64,000 bases of DNA from Alphaproteobacteria bacterium. Its GTDB lineage: Bacteria; Pseudomonadota; Alphaproteobacteria; UBA828. Shown here piece after piece: positions 53,363 through 63,661 of the stretch (its first letter is position 1; each line of letters opens with the position of its first letter). The translations under genes were made by a program, and so were the position numbers. Below the pieces are notes generated by a model. The model had not been told where the DNA came from, did not search any database, and saw only the letters and a list, made by a program, of their open reading frames with translations. Location: assembly GCA_965214705.1 (NCBI GenBank), contig CBDCCI010000002.1, positions 256,001-320,000 of the forward strand, written 5' to 3'.

Positions 53363-56300
53363 CTAGGACGCAAAGGAACTACGGGGCAGCAGGGGCTTCC
53401 ATTCCCGCCCGTTCGCATTTCCGGAAGACCAGAAAACGGGAAGGGTGTTGTTGGGGATTGTGTTGTGAAAGGAAACGAGAGCAGCCACGTCTCCGAAGCC
53501 CAGCGGATGTTGGGGTGTCAGTTGCTGCCCAATTTGAAACATTATCTCTTCTGCATATGCTCTTTCGCTGTCGTCGTCGAATATGCCGGCGTCAGGTGAA
53601 AACGCCTTCACCTGGTCATCGAATGTGGTCATGGTTAGGACGCTTACTTCCGGAAATTCGTGTTGCAGTCGCATAATCGCTTCCGGAAAGGCCGTTTGGA
53701 GACAGCACACGACGCGACCTTCGCCGGCGAGTTCGGAGAACAGCTGCTCATCCAGCGACCAAAGTCGTTTGAGGCCCTGCACAAGAGTGTTTCCGGTGCC
53801 TGCAAAGTCATCGACGACGACGAGTACGGGGTCGTTGTCGAGACGTGCCTGGACCCAGGTGTACATGCCTTTGACGTGACTGCATTTTCCCGGACTCATG
53901 CGTTTGGCGAGCTCTCGAGCGGTAGCGGCTCCGCTTTTCGTATCCGAGTCGACGTGACCCAAGTAAAGGTTATCTTTTCTTCGCCTGAATATACGCCACG
54001 CACCGTCGCCGATGTCTTGCCTGCGCGCATTCAGTGAATTGTCCATCTTTGCGAGGCCATTGACGCTCGCGCCATCATTAACAAATCCGTTCTCTGCAAG
54101 CCGCTTGAGCAACATAAAGGCTACCTCGACACGGCTGTCATCGTCGAACTGGCGTAACCATCGACGGACCTCTGCGACGTCTATTTGGCGTCCCAGATAA
54201 ACGAGACGCTCGGACACGGAGAGAAGCTCGTCCTCTGTGATCGGGAAAGCGGCGGACTCGATGATCGTCAATGGAGTCGTCTCATCTACCGGCTCTGTCG
54301 CGGCCAGTTCTTCCTGGAAAGATCGCCAAACCGGTATGAGTTCAACCTCACCGCTCTCGAGCAACCAGTCTCGGAATGCAGGGAGCGCGACCTCATAACC
54401 TCGTGAACCGGCCTTTTGGCGGGAGATAACGCGTCTTCGCATCAGCCCGTCCTGGATTTCGCGAAGATCCTGTGGTGACAACCGCTCGTGGGGTTCCAAA
54501 TCGAGTTGCTTTTGCGCTTCTATCAGATCATCTACCGATTCATATTCACCCGAACCGAGCCTTGCCACGATCGCGAGGAAGAGGCAGTTGCGGGCAACAG
54601 ACCCCTGCTTGTGGTTGGGATCGAGAACGGGAACGTCTTCCCAAAAATGCGCGAAGTTCGTCGGCCCAAGCTCTCGCACCAGACTACGCCGCACGTAATC
54701 GAAATCGCTGGTCCCCACGTAAGTGCGCTGCTCCTGAGCGCAGCGGCGGAATACTTTGCCAGCGACAAGATGCATGTAGAACGGATTGCCCCGACAATAG
54801 TCCACGATGCGCTTTACGGTGTCAGGATCGTACTCGATCTTGCCGGCGAGTGGTTGGATTAGAAGGGCTTCGCAATCGGCGTCTACTTCGATTCGGTCAA
54901 GAGAACTATTGATCCATTTATTTAGGTCGGCCGAATGACTATGGTAGATGCTGTTCATTCGTTCGCTGCCGACGAACATGAAGGTCAATCCAACCTCCGA
55001 GAGCGAGCGCAGAGCCTTGACGAACTGCTTACCGCGTTCTCCCAAGTAGAAGGCGGGATTGAGATCGTCAAACTCATCGATGATGACCAACATCTTGCGG
55101 CCGATTTCGCGCGCTAACCCGTCGACGTAGGGAACAAGGCGGCCGAGACCCGCTCGGAAGTCATCTTCGGCGGGTGGTTGGCGCTGGATGCCCAGCGCAC
55201 TTGTCAGGCGGGTGGCCAAAGTGTGTCCAAGCTGTCCTTCGTGCAGGGACGCCAATTCGCCCATTCGCAGCACAACGCACACGATGTCGTCACGGGCATC
55301 AAGGTTAGCGGCTAGGACCTGGAGCACCGAGGTCTTGCCGACTCGCTTCTGGCCCCACAAGAACGTGGATGTCTCGTTCGAGACGTGAAGTTCGAGCTCA
55401 GCGAGGACGGAGTCCCTACCGTAAAGATCTTTCTTTTCTCGGATCGGATTGATTGCGTAGGGAGGGTTCTTGAGTAGCTCGTCCCAGTCTGGCTGGGTGC
55501 GTTGCTGTTGGAACTCGAGATACTGCTCAAATTTCAAGGTTCGCCCGTTTGCCGTCTGGCATGCCAGCGCAGCCTGGAGGTTGAATGTTCTATCGCCTGG
55601 GGCGTTGCTCAACTTGAGCTGGATCAAGCGTTCGGTGTGGGGTGGGAGGTCGAAGGGAGTGGAAGGTTCGAAAGCGGAGAGTGTTGCGATTCCAACTGGA
55701 TCGGCCAATAGGATGCTGACCGAGTAGGCTGTTCCATCCCCGTCGTTGACCACGCGCGCCGGAAATACGATACCGTCGTTGCGGCCGCCGAGATCAAGCT
55801 TGAACGTGCCGCCCACGATTTCGAGCGCAGGCTTCATCATCTCGTCACTCGCCTGGGTTCCTTCTTCGATGAGGCGGGACATGTGCTTGGCCACTGGCTC
55901 CAGCACCATCCTCTGGAGTCTGTGGTTCACATTGTCGCCCAGTCCATCGAGCGTCCGTTGCAATTGACGAGTTAAGTCACGCGCGCGCCTGGGAATTCGT
56001 TCGGCCTCGTATCTCTCGCAGCTTTCGCAGAACTTGCGGAACAAGGTTCCCAGCAGCGTTTCAACATCCCGAAGAGTCTGCCGTTCCCCCAGGAGCGCGT
56101 AAGGCGTGTATGCATGAGCGTGCTTGATGATGTCGGTGGATGGCAACTTGGCAGCGACGACCGTCGACTGGCAGAAGCTTTGTACTGCCCTGTCCAACGC
56201 CGAACTCAGTTCCCTTGTTTTGACCGTGGCTGCGGTCATCGTTGCGGACGGGTTGGTCCTTGCGGGAAGGCGGAGCAGTGAGCGGAGCGGCGGTGCAATC

Positions 56301-57364
56301 CGATAGCTGAGATCGCCAACTCGCGCTGGAAGCTCCCGGCCTGCGTCTTCCATTCTCAATGTTGCATGAAGTGTCGCCAGGGCAAGCGATTCGACAACGA
56401 ATTTGTCGATGTGCTCCAGCAGATCCGCGATGGTGTTAATCTCGGCATCCACTGGGTTGGTCGACGCCCACCACGTGACGGTGTTTACGAATGTCTTCTC
56501 AAGATCGGCGTTGTCTACCAAATGCAGTTGCGATGCAAATGCTTCTCCCACACCGAGGCTGTCGCCATTCGTTCGGTAACGGTCAAGGATGGCCTGGAAC
56601 TCTTCGGCTTTGCCCTCCGGTTCGCCAGGGTCTCTTGCGGTGTCAGCCTGTGCTTTGTCCTGTGCCCCAACAGGAACGTCAACTAGAAGGGATACCGAAG
56701 GCGGGCGTTCTGTCCCGATCGCTAGAAGGTCCTCGACCGGACCGGCCGACTCGCCGCGGCCCCGCTTCCGCTCACGCCAGCCAAGGTCCGGCTCGCCGCG
56801 GCCCACAGGTTCGGCCAAGACGGTCGAGGCATCCACGGCCACGATGGACGAAACCATCGGACCCTGACGGCCTTCCGTCACCTCGCAGGTCACGGTCGCG
56901 CCCTGCGGCAGCGTGTCGTACCCGGCGTCCCTGACGACCGAGGCATGGCAGAACACGTCGGGCGAGCTGTCGTCGGGCACCAGAAACCCGAAGCCTTTCG
57001 CCGGATTGAACCATTTCACGGCAGCCACGACGCGGCGGCCCCGAGCCGGACCAGGCTCGCCGTGACCATGTCCGTACGCCCTGCGCGGCGACATGCCGCC
57101 CCTCGCCGGGATCGCGGTCGAGGTATCGACGGCATGAATCTGCGTGACTTGGGGACCCTGGCAGCCCTGCTCGACCTCACACGTTACAGTCGCACCCTCG
57201 GGCAGAGTTTCGAAGCCCGCCCACTTCACTACCGATGCATGGCAGAAGATGTCGCGCGAGCCTTCGGCGGGGGTCAGGAAACCAAAACCCTTCACCGGAT
57301 TGAACCATTTGACCGCCGCAACGACCGTTGCGCCGGGCGCCGACCCTGAACCGCCTTCCCGCAT
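53363..57364 (-). CDS. 1333-aa chimera: 2x cold-shock domain + Ig-like + STAND/P-loop ATPase + wHTH + PRTase-like domain
   Basis: VKWFNP-KGFGF / D-FCHAS twice; LYGR, GQKRVGKTS, IIDEFD, GNPFY; VVDDFAGTG, PLGFG..HNTIPNNTLPVFW. Confidence 0.8.
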   Translation of the reverse strand: MREGGSGSAPGATVVAAVKWFNPVKGFGFLTPAEGSRDIFCHASVVKWAGFETLPEGATVTCEVEQGCQGPQVTQIHAVDTSTAIPARGGMSPRRAYGHGHGEPGPARGRRVVAAVKWFNPAKGFGFLVPDDSSPDVFCHASVVRDAGYDTLPQGATVTCEVTEGRQGPMVSSIVAVDASTVLAEPVGRGEPDLGWRERKRGRGESAGPVEDLLAIGTERPPSVSLLVDVPVGAQDKAQADTARDPGEPEGKAEEFQAILDRYRTNGDSLGVGEAFASQLHLVDNADLEKTFVNTVTWWASTNPVDAEINTIADLLEHIDKFVVESLALATLHATLRMEDAGRELPARVGDLSYRIAPPLRSLLRLPARTNPSATMTAATVKTRELSSALDRAVQSFCQSTVVAAKLPSTDIIKHAHAYTPYALLGERQTLRDVETLLGTLFRKFCESCERYEAERIPRRARDLTRQLQRTLDGLGDNVNHRLQRMVLEPVAKHMSRLIEEGTQASDEMMKPALEIVGGTFKLDLGGRNDGIVFPARVVNDGDGTAYSVSILLADPVGIATLSAFEPSTPFDLPPHTERLIQLKLSNAPGDRTFNLQAALACQTANGRTLKFEQYLEFQQQRTQPDWDELLKNPPYAINPIREKKDLYGRDSVLAELELHVSNETSTFLWGQKRVGKTSVLQVLAANLDARDDIVCVVLRMGELASLHEGQLGHTLATRLTSALGIQRQPPAEDDFRAGLGRLVPYVDGLAREIGRKMLVIIDEFDDLNPAFYLGERGKQFVKALRSLSEVGLTFMFVGSERMNSIYHSHSADLNKWINSSLDRIEVDADCEALLIQPLAGKIEYDPDTVKRIVDYCRGNPFYMHLVAGKVFRRCAQEQRTYVGTSDFDYVRRSLVRELGPTNFAHFWEDVPVLDPNHKQGSVARNCLFLAIVARLGSGEYESVDDLIEAQKQLDLEPHERLSPQDLREIQDGLMRRRVISRQKAGSRGYEVALPAFRDWLLESGEVELIPVWRSFQEELAATEPVDETTPLTIIESAAFPITEDELLSVSERLVYLGRQIDVAEVRRWLRQFDDDSRVEVAFMLLKRLAENGFVNDGASVNGLAKMDNSLNARRQDIGDGAWRIFRRRKDNLYLGHVDSDTKSGAATARELAKRMSPGKCSHVKGMYTWVQARLDNDPVLVVVDDFAGTGNTLVQGLKRLWSLDEQLFSELAGEGRVVCCLQTAFPEAIMRLQHEFPEVSVLTMTTFDDQVKAFSPDAGIFDDDSERAYAEEIMFQIGQQLTPQHPLGFGDVAALVSFHNTIPNNTLPVFWSSGNANGREWKPLLPRSSFAS

Positions 57365-57700
57365 TCCTGACGACCTGCCTTTCCTTGATTGCCGGAGCCA
57401 GGCCGCCGCCGGGCCACCGGTCGAATGATCGCGGCGGAGCGGTCTCCGCCACCGGGCTGGCATCATAGTTACGGCCGGGGCGCGGCAACAGATCCGTGAC
57501 GCCTTGTGTGTCCGCCTCCAGCATCGCGTCATAACGAAGTCGCCCTCCGCCACCGCCGCGCGCCGCCTCCCCGTCGTCATTCTGCCGCCACACGTCTGTG
57601 CGCCACCGCGAGCGAGAGGCCGGCCGTGACGCGGGCGGCGGGGGCGGCGCTGCGGAGCGTGTCCCCGCCGTCGGCAACCACCACCGGGGGAGACGGCAAG

Positions 57701-58024
57701 ATGCGGACCGGCCGAATGTTCCATCGCGACGCGCAGACCTTTCTGGTGCACCTGTTCGGCAGAGGTCTCGACGACGAGCGCTACGTGGTCGAGAAGTACC
57801 GTTCCCATCCCAACGGCGAGATCGAGCCCATCCAGGCGGAGGAGCCCAGGACGAAGGGCCGGCGCAGGCCGCGCAGGAAGATCGTCTCGCGCAAAGCGGT
57901 CCGGGAGATGCGGCCCGAACGCGACGAGATCATCGTCTGCACAGGGGTCAAGCTGGCCCGCTCCGGAGTCCAGATCTGGGGTGTTGCCGCGGCAGGCCTC
58001 GGCCTCGTGCGCACCGCGCGCTGA
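57701..58024 (+). CDS. Hypothetical protein (start uncertain)
   Basis: Protein-like ORF closely upstream of the zinc-finger gene. Confidence 0.45.
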   Translation: MRTGRMFHRDAQTFLVHLFGRGLDDERYVVEKYRSHPNGEIEPIQAEEPRTKGRRRPRRKIVSRKAVREMRPERDEIIVCTGVKLARSGVQIWGVAAAGLGLVRTAR

Positions 58025-58039
58025 CCGGGGTGGCCGGTC

Positions 58040-58849
58040 ATGCCGCTCAGGGACCCGGTGAAGAAGAAGGCGCGGGACCTTCGCCACCGTCAGCGCCACG
58101 CCGCGCGCTCCGCCAGCGGCCGTTGCACCCGCTGCGGGCGACTTCCTCCCGAGCCCGGTCGCAAAGTGTGTACAGGCTGTGCCGAGAAGCGCCGCGCCGC
58201 CGACCGCGCCCGCCGTGCCAGAGCCCGGCAGCAGGGGATGCCGTACGGCGGCCGCGATCCGGAGCAGTGCCGACGCGCCGACCGCGCCGGCGACAGGCGC
58301 CGCCGCCGGGCGCGTCTCGAGGCGGGCCTCTGCACGTCCTGCGGCCTCCGCCGGCCGGAGGACAACCGCTCCGTCTGCGAGCCGTGCCGCGAGGCAAGGC
58401 GCGCACGCGACCGCCGGCGCTATGAGACGCGAAGGGTGGCCGGCCGCTGCGTGCGCTGCACGCAGCCCACGGTCGGCGGCCTGTCGCGCTGCGGCCGGTG
58501 CCTCGCGCTGGAAAAGGAACGCGTCTGTCCCGAGCAAGAGAGCGCCGCCGGGAAGAGACGCTATGTCGCGAGGCGAGCGCAGGGCGCGTGTGTGGATTGT
58601 GGAGTCCCCACCGGCGGCTCGGCCCGCTGTCCGCGCTGCGCATATCGATCCAACTCCCGCGCGCCCGAGCGCCACCTGGCGGCGCTCTGGCCGCCGCAGA
58701 TCACCGTGGTCGAATTGGAGACGGGCGAGGAGCTGGGCGTCTTCGAGACCGAATCCGAGGCCGCCGCCTGCATCGCCTTCGCCCGCCTGCGCCCCGACCA
58801 GGTGGAGATCCTCTCCAACGTTCCCTTGATGGCTTTGTCGCCCTCATGA
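58040..58849 (+). CDS. Multi-zinc-ribbon basic protein
   Basis: Four CxxC-x9-11-CxxC units linked by Arg-rich segments. Confidence 0.75.
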   Translation: MPLRDPVKKKARDLRHRQRHAARSASGRCTRCGRLPPEPGRKVCTGCAEKRRAADRARRARARQQGMPYGGRDPEQCRRADRAGDRRRRRARLEAGLCTSCGLRRPEDNRSVCEPCREARRARDRRRYETRRVAGRCVRCTQPTVGGLSRCGRCLALEKERVCPEQESAAGKRRYVARRAQGACVDCGVPTGGSARCPRCAYRSNSRAPERHLAALWPPQITVVELETGEELGVFETESEAAACIAFARLRPDQVEILSNVPLMALSPS

Positions 58850-59093
58850 GCGCTGACCCGCCGCGGGCGTTCCGAACGTGAACCTGCTCCCGTCAACCGC
58901 GATACCTAATGGGCGCCACGGCAGTCACCGGCCGTGCGGTCCGCGAGGCCTCGTGAACCCGGCGGGCCTCAGAGCAGGCGGCAGACGAGAGGAGGTGTGG
59001 AGCTTGGAGAAGGTGAGCAGGGCGGGGCCGAGGAGAGGCTCCAGCCCGCTCGCCAACCTTCGTCATCAACTCGAATCGACAGGAGACAAGACC

Positions 59094-59537
59094 ATGGCTT
59101 TCGGATTGAACAGGGCCGAAGTGATCGGCCGGCTGGGTGCCGATGCGACCATCAGCAACCTCGCCTCCGGCGGGCGCGTCGCCAACATGAGCATCGCGAC
59201 CGACGAGAGCTACATCGACAGGCAGAGCGGCGAGAGGGTGGATCGGACGGAGTGGCATCGCGCGGTCAGCTTCCAGAGCGGGCTGATCGACATGCTGGAG
59301 AAGCACGCGAAGAAGGGCCGGTTGGTCTACGTCGCGGGCAAGCTGCAGACCCGCCGGTGGCGCAAGGACGGCGAGGACAGCGACCGGTTCTCGACCGAGA
59401 TCCTGCTCGTCCCCGGTGGCCGCATGCAGTTTCTCGATCGCCCCGCCGGCAGCAACGGCAACGGCGCCCAGGCGTCCGACGGTGAGGCTGCGCCGGCTGC
59501 CGATGCCGATCCCGCGGATAGCACCATACCGTTCTAG
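59094..59537 (+). CDS. ssb: Single-stranded DNA-binding protein
   Basis: LNRAEVIGRLGAD, TEWHR, GKLQTRRW, C-terminal IPF. Confidence 0.95.
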   Translation: MAFGLNRAEVIGRLGADATISNLASGGRVANMSIATDESYIDRQSGERVDRTEWHRAVSFQSGLIDMLEKHAKKGRLVYVAGKLQTRRWRKDGEDSDRFSTEILLVPGGRMQFLDRPAGSNGNGAQASDGEAAPAADADPADSTIPF

Positions 59538-59820
59538 TTAAACCCCGCGGCGGGCTTCCTCGGCCCGCCCGCCCCATGGCCGGACTCGCGTCCCTCCCGC
59601 GCGGGTTCGGCCATTTTTGTGCAGCGTGTTCCGAGTCCCTCACGGGCCGGACGGCGGGGCTCGCGCTTCGCGCGCCGCCCGCCGTCCCGGCTCCTCCAGG
59701 AGAAAGAGTGAGGCCGGGACCGGGCACGTCCCATCCAGCGGCCAGCGAGGTCCCCATGCTCTCCATCTCCGCTCACGGTCCCGGCTTCGCCGGCTCCCGC
59801 CCCCGCCCGAGGTGTGCGCC

Positions 59821-60801
59821 ATGAACGCGGCCTCCGTCGCCGCAGCACTCGCCGAGCGCGCCGAAGAGGTCTGCCGCCGATACCTGCCCTACGGGCGGCG
59901 CCGGGGCCGGTATTGGGTCGCGGGCGACCTCGACGGTGGGCGCGGCCGATCCCTTTACGTCCGCCTCGCGCCGCCGGGTGCGTCCGGGAAGTTCACCGAT
60001 GCAGCCACGGGGGAGCATGGCGATCTGCTCGACATCATCCGCCACCGCACCTGCGCGCCGACGCTGCGCGCGGCGCTCGACGAGGCCCGCGCCTTCCTCG
60101 CCCGGCCGGCTTCGCCGGCCGCGGGCTCGGGCGACTCCTACGACGCCACCGAAGCGGCGCGGCGTCTCTGGCGCCGCTGCCGCGCCATCGACGGCACGCA
60201 TGCGGAAGCCTACCTGCGCGCCCGGGGACTCGCGCGCTGCCGCTTCGCGGCCCTGCGCTTCCATCCCGCGTTGCTCTACAGGGATGGCGGCGGCATTCGC
60301 CGCCTGCCGGCCCTCGTCGCCGCTGTAACCGCTCGCGACGGCGACATCGTCAGCGGTGTCCATCGCACATGGTTGGACCCTCAGCGCCCCGCGAAGGCAA
60401 ACCTCTCATCGCCGCGCAAGGCGCTGGGCCGCGTGCACGGCCATGCCGTCCGTTTCGGCGCTCCCGGCGCCGGCACGCTGCTGGTCGGCGAGGGCATCGA
60501 GACCGTGCTGTCCGTCGTCACCGCCATCCCCGACACCGTCGCCGCAGCAGCACTGTCCGCCGGCAGCCTCGGCGCATTCGCACCGCCTACCGGCCTCACG
60601 CGGCTGGTCATCGCGCGCGACAACGACCCCGAGGGAGAGCGTGCCGCCGAGCGCCTCGCCCGCCGCTGCGCGCGGGCGGGCGTCGCCGCCACCGTCATCG
60701 TGCCTCGCGGCACCGACTTCAACGAGGACTTGCTCACCTTCGGTCCCGCCGCGCTCGCCGCCTGGACGGCGGCCGCGCTCGCAGACCGGGAGCTCGAGTG
60801 A
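59821..60801 (+). CDS. Toprim-domain primase-like protein
   Basis: G-F-D-ATGEHGDLLD, AEAYLRARG, VHRTWL, VGEGIET, IARDND, DFNEDL. Confidence 0.88.
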   Translation: MNAASVAAALAERAEEVCRRYLPYGRRRGRYWVAGDLDGGRGRSLYVRLAPPGASGKFTDAATGEHGDLLDIIRHRTCAPTLRAALDEARAFLARPASPAAGSGDSYDATEAARRLWRRCRAIDGTHAEAYLRARGLARCRFAALRFHPALLYRDGGGIRRLPALVAAVTARDGDIVSGVHRTWLDPQRPAKANLSSPRKALGRVHGHAVRFGAPGAGTLLVGEGIETVLSVVTAIPDTVAAAALSAGSLGAFAPPTGLTRLVIARDNDPEGERAAERLARRCARAGVAATVIVPRGTDFNEDLLTFGPAALAAWTAAALADRELE

Positions 60802-60877
60802 AGCAGGCGAGCGGCGATCCTCATGGAGAGGAGAGAGAGTCCTTTCCGCACCGGCATCACGCTACGGGGAGAAGGCC

Positions 60878-61012
60878 ATGAGCAGCGACATCAGGTTCCG
60901 GCGGGTGGGCGAGAACGAAGCCCGCGTCTATCAGGACGGCGACTACGTCGGGGACGTCTTCCGTCACGACGACATCCTCAACCGCGGCGCCGTGTTCTAC
61001 GTGGTGCACCTC
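60878..61012 (+). pseudogene. Small hypothetical protein truncated by the RIT end
   Basis: Homology to 46512-46739 stops at YVVHL. Confidence 0.7.
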
Positions 61013-61343
61013 CTATGTTGAGCTCAACATAGTGAATTGGCCTGTATCGGTCGTGCGCAGCAGGACCGATACAGGCATTGAGCTGAGCCGCGCTGCACGG
61101 CCGTAGTGCCGGGCTATGGGGAAAGTAACCGCTGGGTGGGAGCCGATTAGGCCGAAGCGGTGCAACCTGTTGGTGTCGCTGGCGGCGCCGGCACTCTGAA
61201 TCTCCACTTATCAGGTTGCGACGCGGCTGTGCAGGGGCTCGCGACGATGTTTCGCCGCCGGGCAGCACGAAGCGGGCGCAGGAGCGGTCGCGGCGCGGCG
61301 GCCGGGGGGACTGTTGTCGGACCTTGTCGGTTCTGACGCATCG

Positions 61344-62564
61344 TCACGGCGGTCGGGTATTCGTCGCCCGCATGGCTGCTTGGGGCTGCGGCTCAAGAAT
61401 GACGGTTTGCCGCAGCGTTGCCTCGCCGCACTGGCGGCACACGGTGATGTCGATCCCCGTCAGTCGCAGCATCATCTGCTGCGTCGTTTCCGGCTCCCGC
61501 GGTTCAGGGGCAGGCTGGCCGAGCAGGTCTCGGCAGCGGGCGAGCTTGCGAGCCCGGCAGCGATTGGCGAGCAAGCCGTAGTGGCGCAGGCGGGTGAAGC
61601 CGCGCGGGAGGACGTGCAGGAGGAAGCGGCGGATGAACTCGTCGACGTCGAGACGCATCACCTTGACCTTGTTGCCGTCAGCGTAGTCGCGCCAACGGAA
61701 GCGAACGTGCTCGCCGTCGAAGTCGACGAGGCGATGATTGGCGATGGCAGCCTTGTGGGTGTAGCGCCCGAGATAGGCCAGAACGTGCCCGGCGCCGGCG
61801 AACGGGGCCTTGGTGTAGACCACCCAGTCGTTCGACCGCAGCGCGGTCTTCAGACACTCGAACTCGCGGCTGTCGTCACCACCGCCGACGACCTTGAGCC
61901 GGAGTTCGCCGTCGCGGTGCGCGGCGCCGAGGAAGTCGAGATACTTGCCGCGGAAGACCTTCGAGAGCGCGACCGTGGGGAACAGGAAGCCCTTGCGCGC
62001 GGGAGTGAGCCAGCGCTCTCTGTCCGGGCTCAGACCGCCGTCGGTGACGATACAGTGGACATGGATGTGCTGTCCCAGATTCTGCCCCCAAGTGTGCAGC
62101 ACCATGGTGATGCCGAGCTCGCCGCCGAGCCAGCGGGGATTGCGGCCGAACTCGAGCAGGGTCTGGGAGGCGGCCTTGAAGAGCAGCCTGTAGATGAGCG
62201 CGGCATTGCCCTGGGCCACGGGGTTGAGCTCGTGGGGCAGGGTGAACACGACATGCCAGTAGTCGATGTCGAGCAGATCGGCGCACTGACGCTCAACCCA
62301 CCTGGTCTGCGAGAGGGTCTGGCACTTGGGGCAATGACGGTTCCGGCACGAGGCGTACTGGATCGTCACCGCCCCGCAGTGATCGCATTCTGCCTTGAAC
62401 CCGCCGAGCACAGCGGTGCGGCAGTTCACCAGCGCGTCGACGACCCTCTGCTGCTGGGCCGAGAGCAGATGTGTCTCGCCATAGGCGTCGCCGCGCTCGC
62501 GCAGGATGTCCGCGACCTCCAGCGCCGGCCGTGTGGCTGGCGCCGCGTGGCCGACATGAGCCAC
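61344..62564 (-). CDS. IS91-family Y2 transposase
   Basis: SCRNRHCPKC, HVVFTLP, HTWG...HIHVH, YLGRYTH. Confidence 0.93.
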   Translation of the reverse strand: MAHVGHAAPATRPALEVADILRERGDAYGETHLLSAQQQRVVDALVNCRTAVLGGFKAECDHCGAVTIQYASCRNRHCPKCQTLSQTRWVERQCADLLDIDYWHVVFTLPHELNPVAQGNAALIYRLLFKAASQTLLEFGRNPRWLGGELGITMVLHTWGQNLGQHIHVHCIVTDGGLSPDRERWLTPARKGFLFPTVALSKVFRGKYLDFLGAAHRDGELRLKVVGGGDDSREFECLKTALRSNDWVVYTKAPFAGAGHVLAYLGRYTHKAAIANHRLVDFDGEHVRFRWRDYADGNKVKVMRLDVDEFIRRFLLHVLPRGFTRLRHYGLLANRCRARKLARCRDLLGQPAPEPREPETTQQMMLRLTGIDITVCRQCGEATLRQTVILEPQPQAAMRATNTRPP

Positions 62565-62567
62565 CGG

Positions 62568-63422
62568 TCAGGCCTGGGCAGGACGCGGAAACTCCAGCAG
62601 GTCCAGGGGCGACGGCGTGGCGGACGTCTTGTCGTGAGCAAGGTGAAGGTAGCGCATGGTCGAGCGGATTGAGGTGTGCCCGAGGCGGCGTTGGATGACA
62701 TGCAGCTCGACGCCGGCCTCGAGGAGCCCGGTGGCGTAGCAATGGCGCAGCGTGTGGATCCCGCCGGGCTTGGCGATCCCGGCTTTGTCCTTGGCTCGAT
62801 CGTAAACGTGTGCTGGCCCATGGCGCGTCATCGGCCGGCCGGGAATCCGACCGGGGAACAGCCAGTGCTCGGGCCGTACCCGCTGCCAGTACTCGCGCAG
62901 CTCGTCGAGCAGCCGGGGCGAGAGCGGGACGTAGCGGTCCTTGTTGCCCTTGCCCTGATCGACGCGCAGGCACATCCGCTGTGAGTCGATATCGCTGATC
63001 TGCAACCGGCCGAGCTCGCTCGCCCGAAGCCCCGCTGCATAGGCCGTCATCAGCAAGGCGCGGTGCTTGCGGTTGATGGTGACGCTGAACAGCCGCACCA
63101 GTTCGTCTTGGTTGAGCAGTACGGGCAGGGTGGAAGGCGTCTTGGCGAAGGGCAGATAGAAGTGCGGCTCGGGCAAGCCCAGCGTGATGCGATAGAGGAA
63201 GCGGATCCCTTGGCGAGCGCTGTTGCAGCTCTGCCAAGCCAGCCCCCGCTCTTCGTGAAGAAAGATGAGGTACTCCTGGACTTCCTCCGCTGAGATGTGC
63301 TCGGGGCTGCGACCGTAGTGAACCGCGAGCCCGGAGACCGAGTTGAGGTAGGACTTCCTGGTGTTCTCGGCGAAGCCGCGAACCGTCATGTCGTTGATCA
63401 TGCGCTGGCGAAGTGCCGTCAT
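62568..63422 (-). CDS. Tyrosine recombinase (SAM_4 type)
   Basis: LRQRMI, GLRASE, GKGNKDR, HTLRHCYAT, LGH....TMRY. Confidence 0.93.
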   Translation of the reverse strand: MTALRQRMINDMTVRGFAENTRKSYLNSVSGLAVHYGRSPEHISAEEVQEYLIFLHEERGLAWQSCNSARQGIRFLYRITLGLPEPHFYLPFAKTPSTLPVLLNQDELVRLFSVTINRKHRALLMTAYAAGLRASELGRLQISDIDSQRMCLRVDQGKGNKDRYVPLSPRLLDELREYWQRVRPEHWLFPGRIPGRPMTRHGPAHVYDRAKDKAGIAKPGGIHTLRHCYATGLLEAGVELHVIQRRLGHTSIRSTMRYLHLAHDKTSATPSPLDLLEFPRPAQA

Positions 63423-63661
63423 GGGGCGTCTCCCTCTGGGTTTGGTCTGTCACGAAGACACGCCCATGCTCTTGCTCGCCGGCTTGGCGGTCGACGACCA
63501 TCGATCAACGAGGGAGAAACAGGATTCGACCCTGCGCCCAGACGCTGGAGCGAACGGCCACACTCAACTTACGCGCGGCAAGGAGATCACTCTGGGCACC
63601 CGGCGGCCGAGGCGCCCCGCCGCGGAACGCGGCTCAGTTCAAGAGATGGCATTTCGCGTCG

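Larger units (their letters stand above)
61030..63661 (-). mobile_element. Tyrosine recombinase + IS91-like element 3 (diverged)
   Basis: IRs TTGAGCTGAGCCGCG / CGCGGCTCAGTTCAA; terminal hairpin GCCTGTATCGGTC..GACCGATACAGGC; AACA at both junctions. Confidence 0.85.

Noticed and set aside
57365-58675. N-terminal 437 aa of the 1770-aa ORF
   Set aside because: Antisense shadow of plus-strand genes; protein-like sequence starts at 57364
61013-61032. 20-bp perfect palindrome as an operator
   Set aside because: Explained as a by-product of the insertion junction
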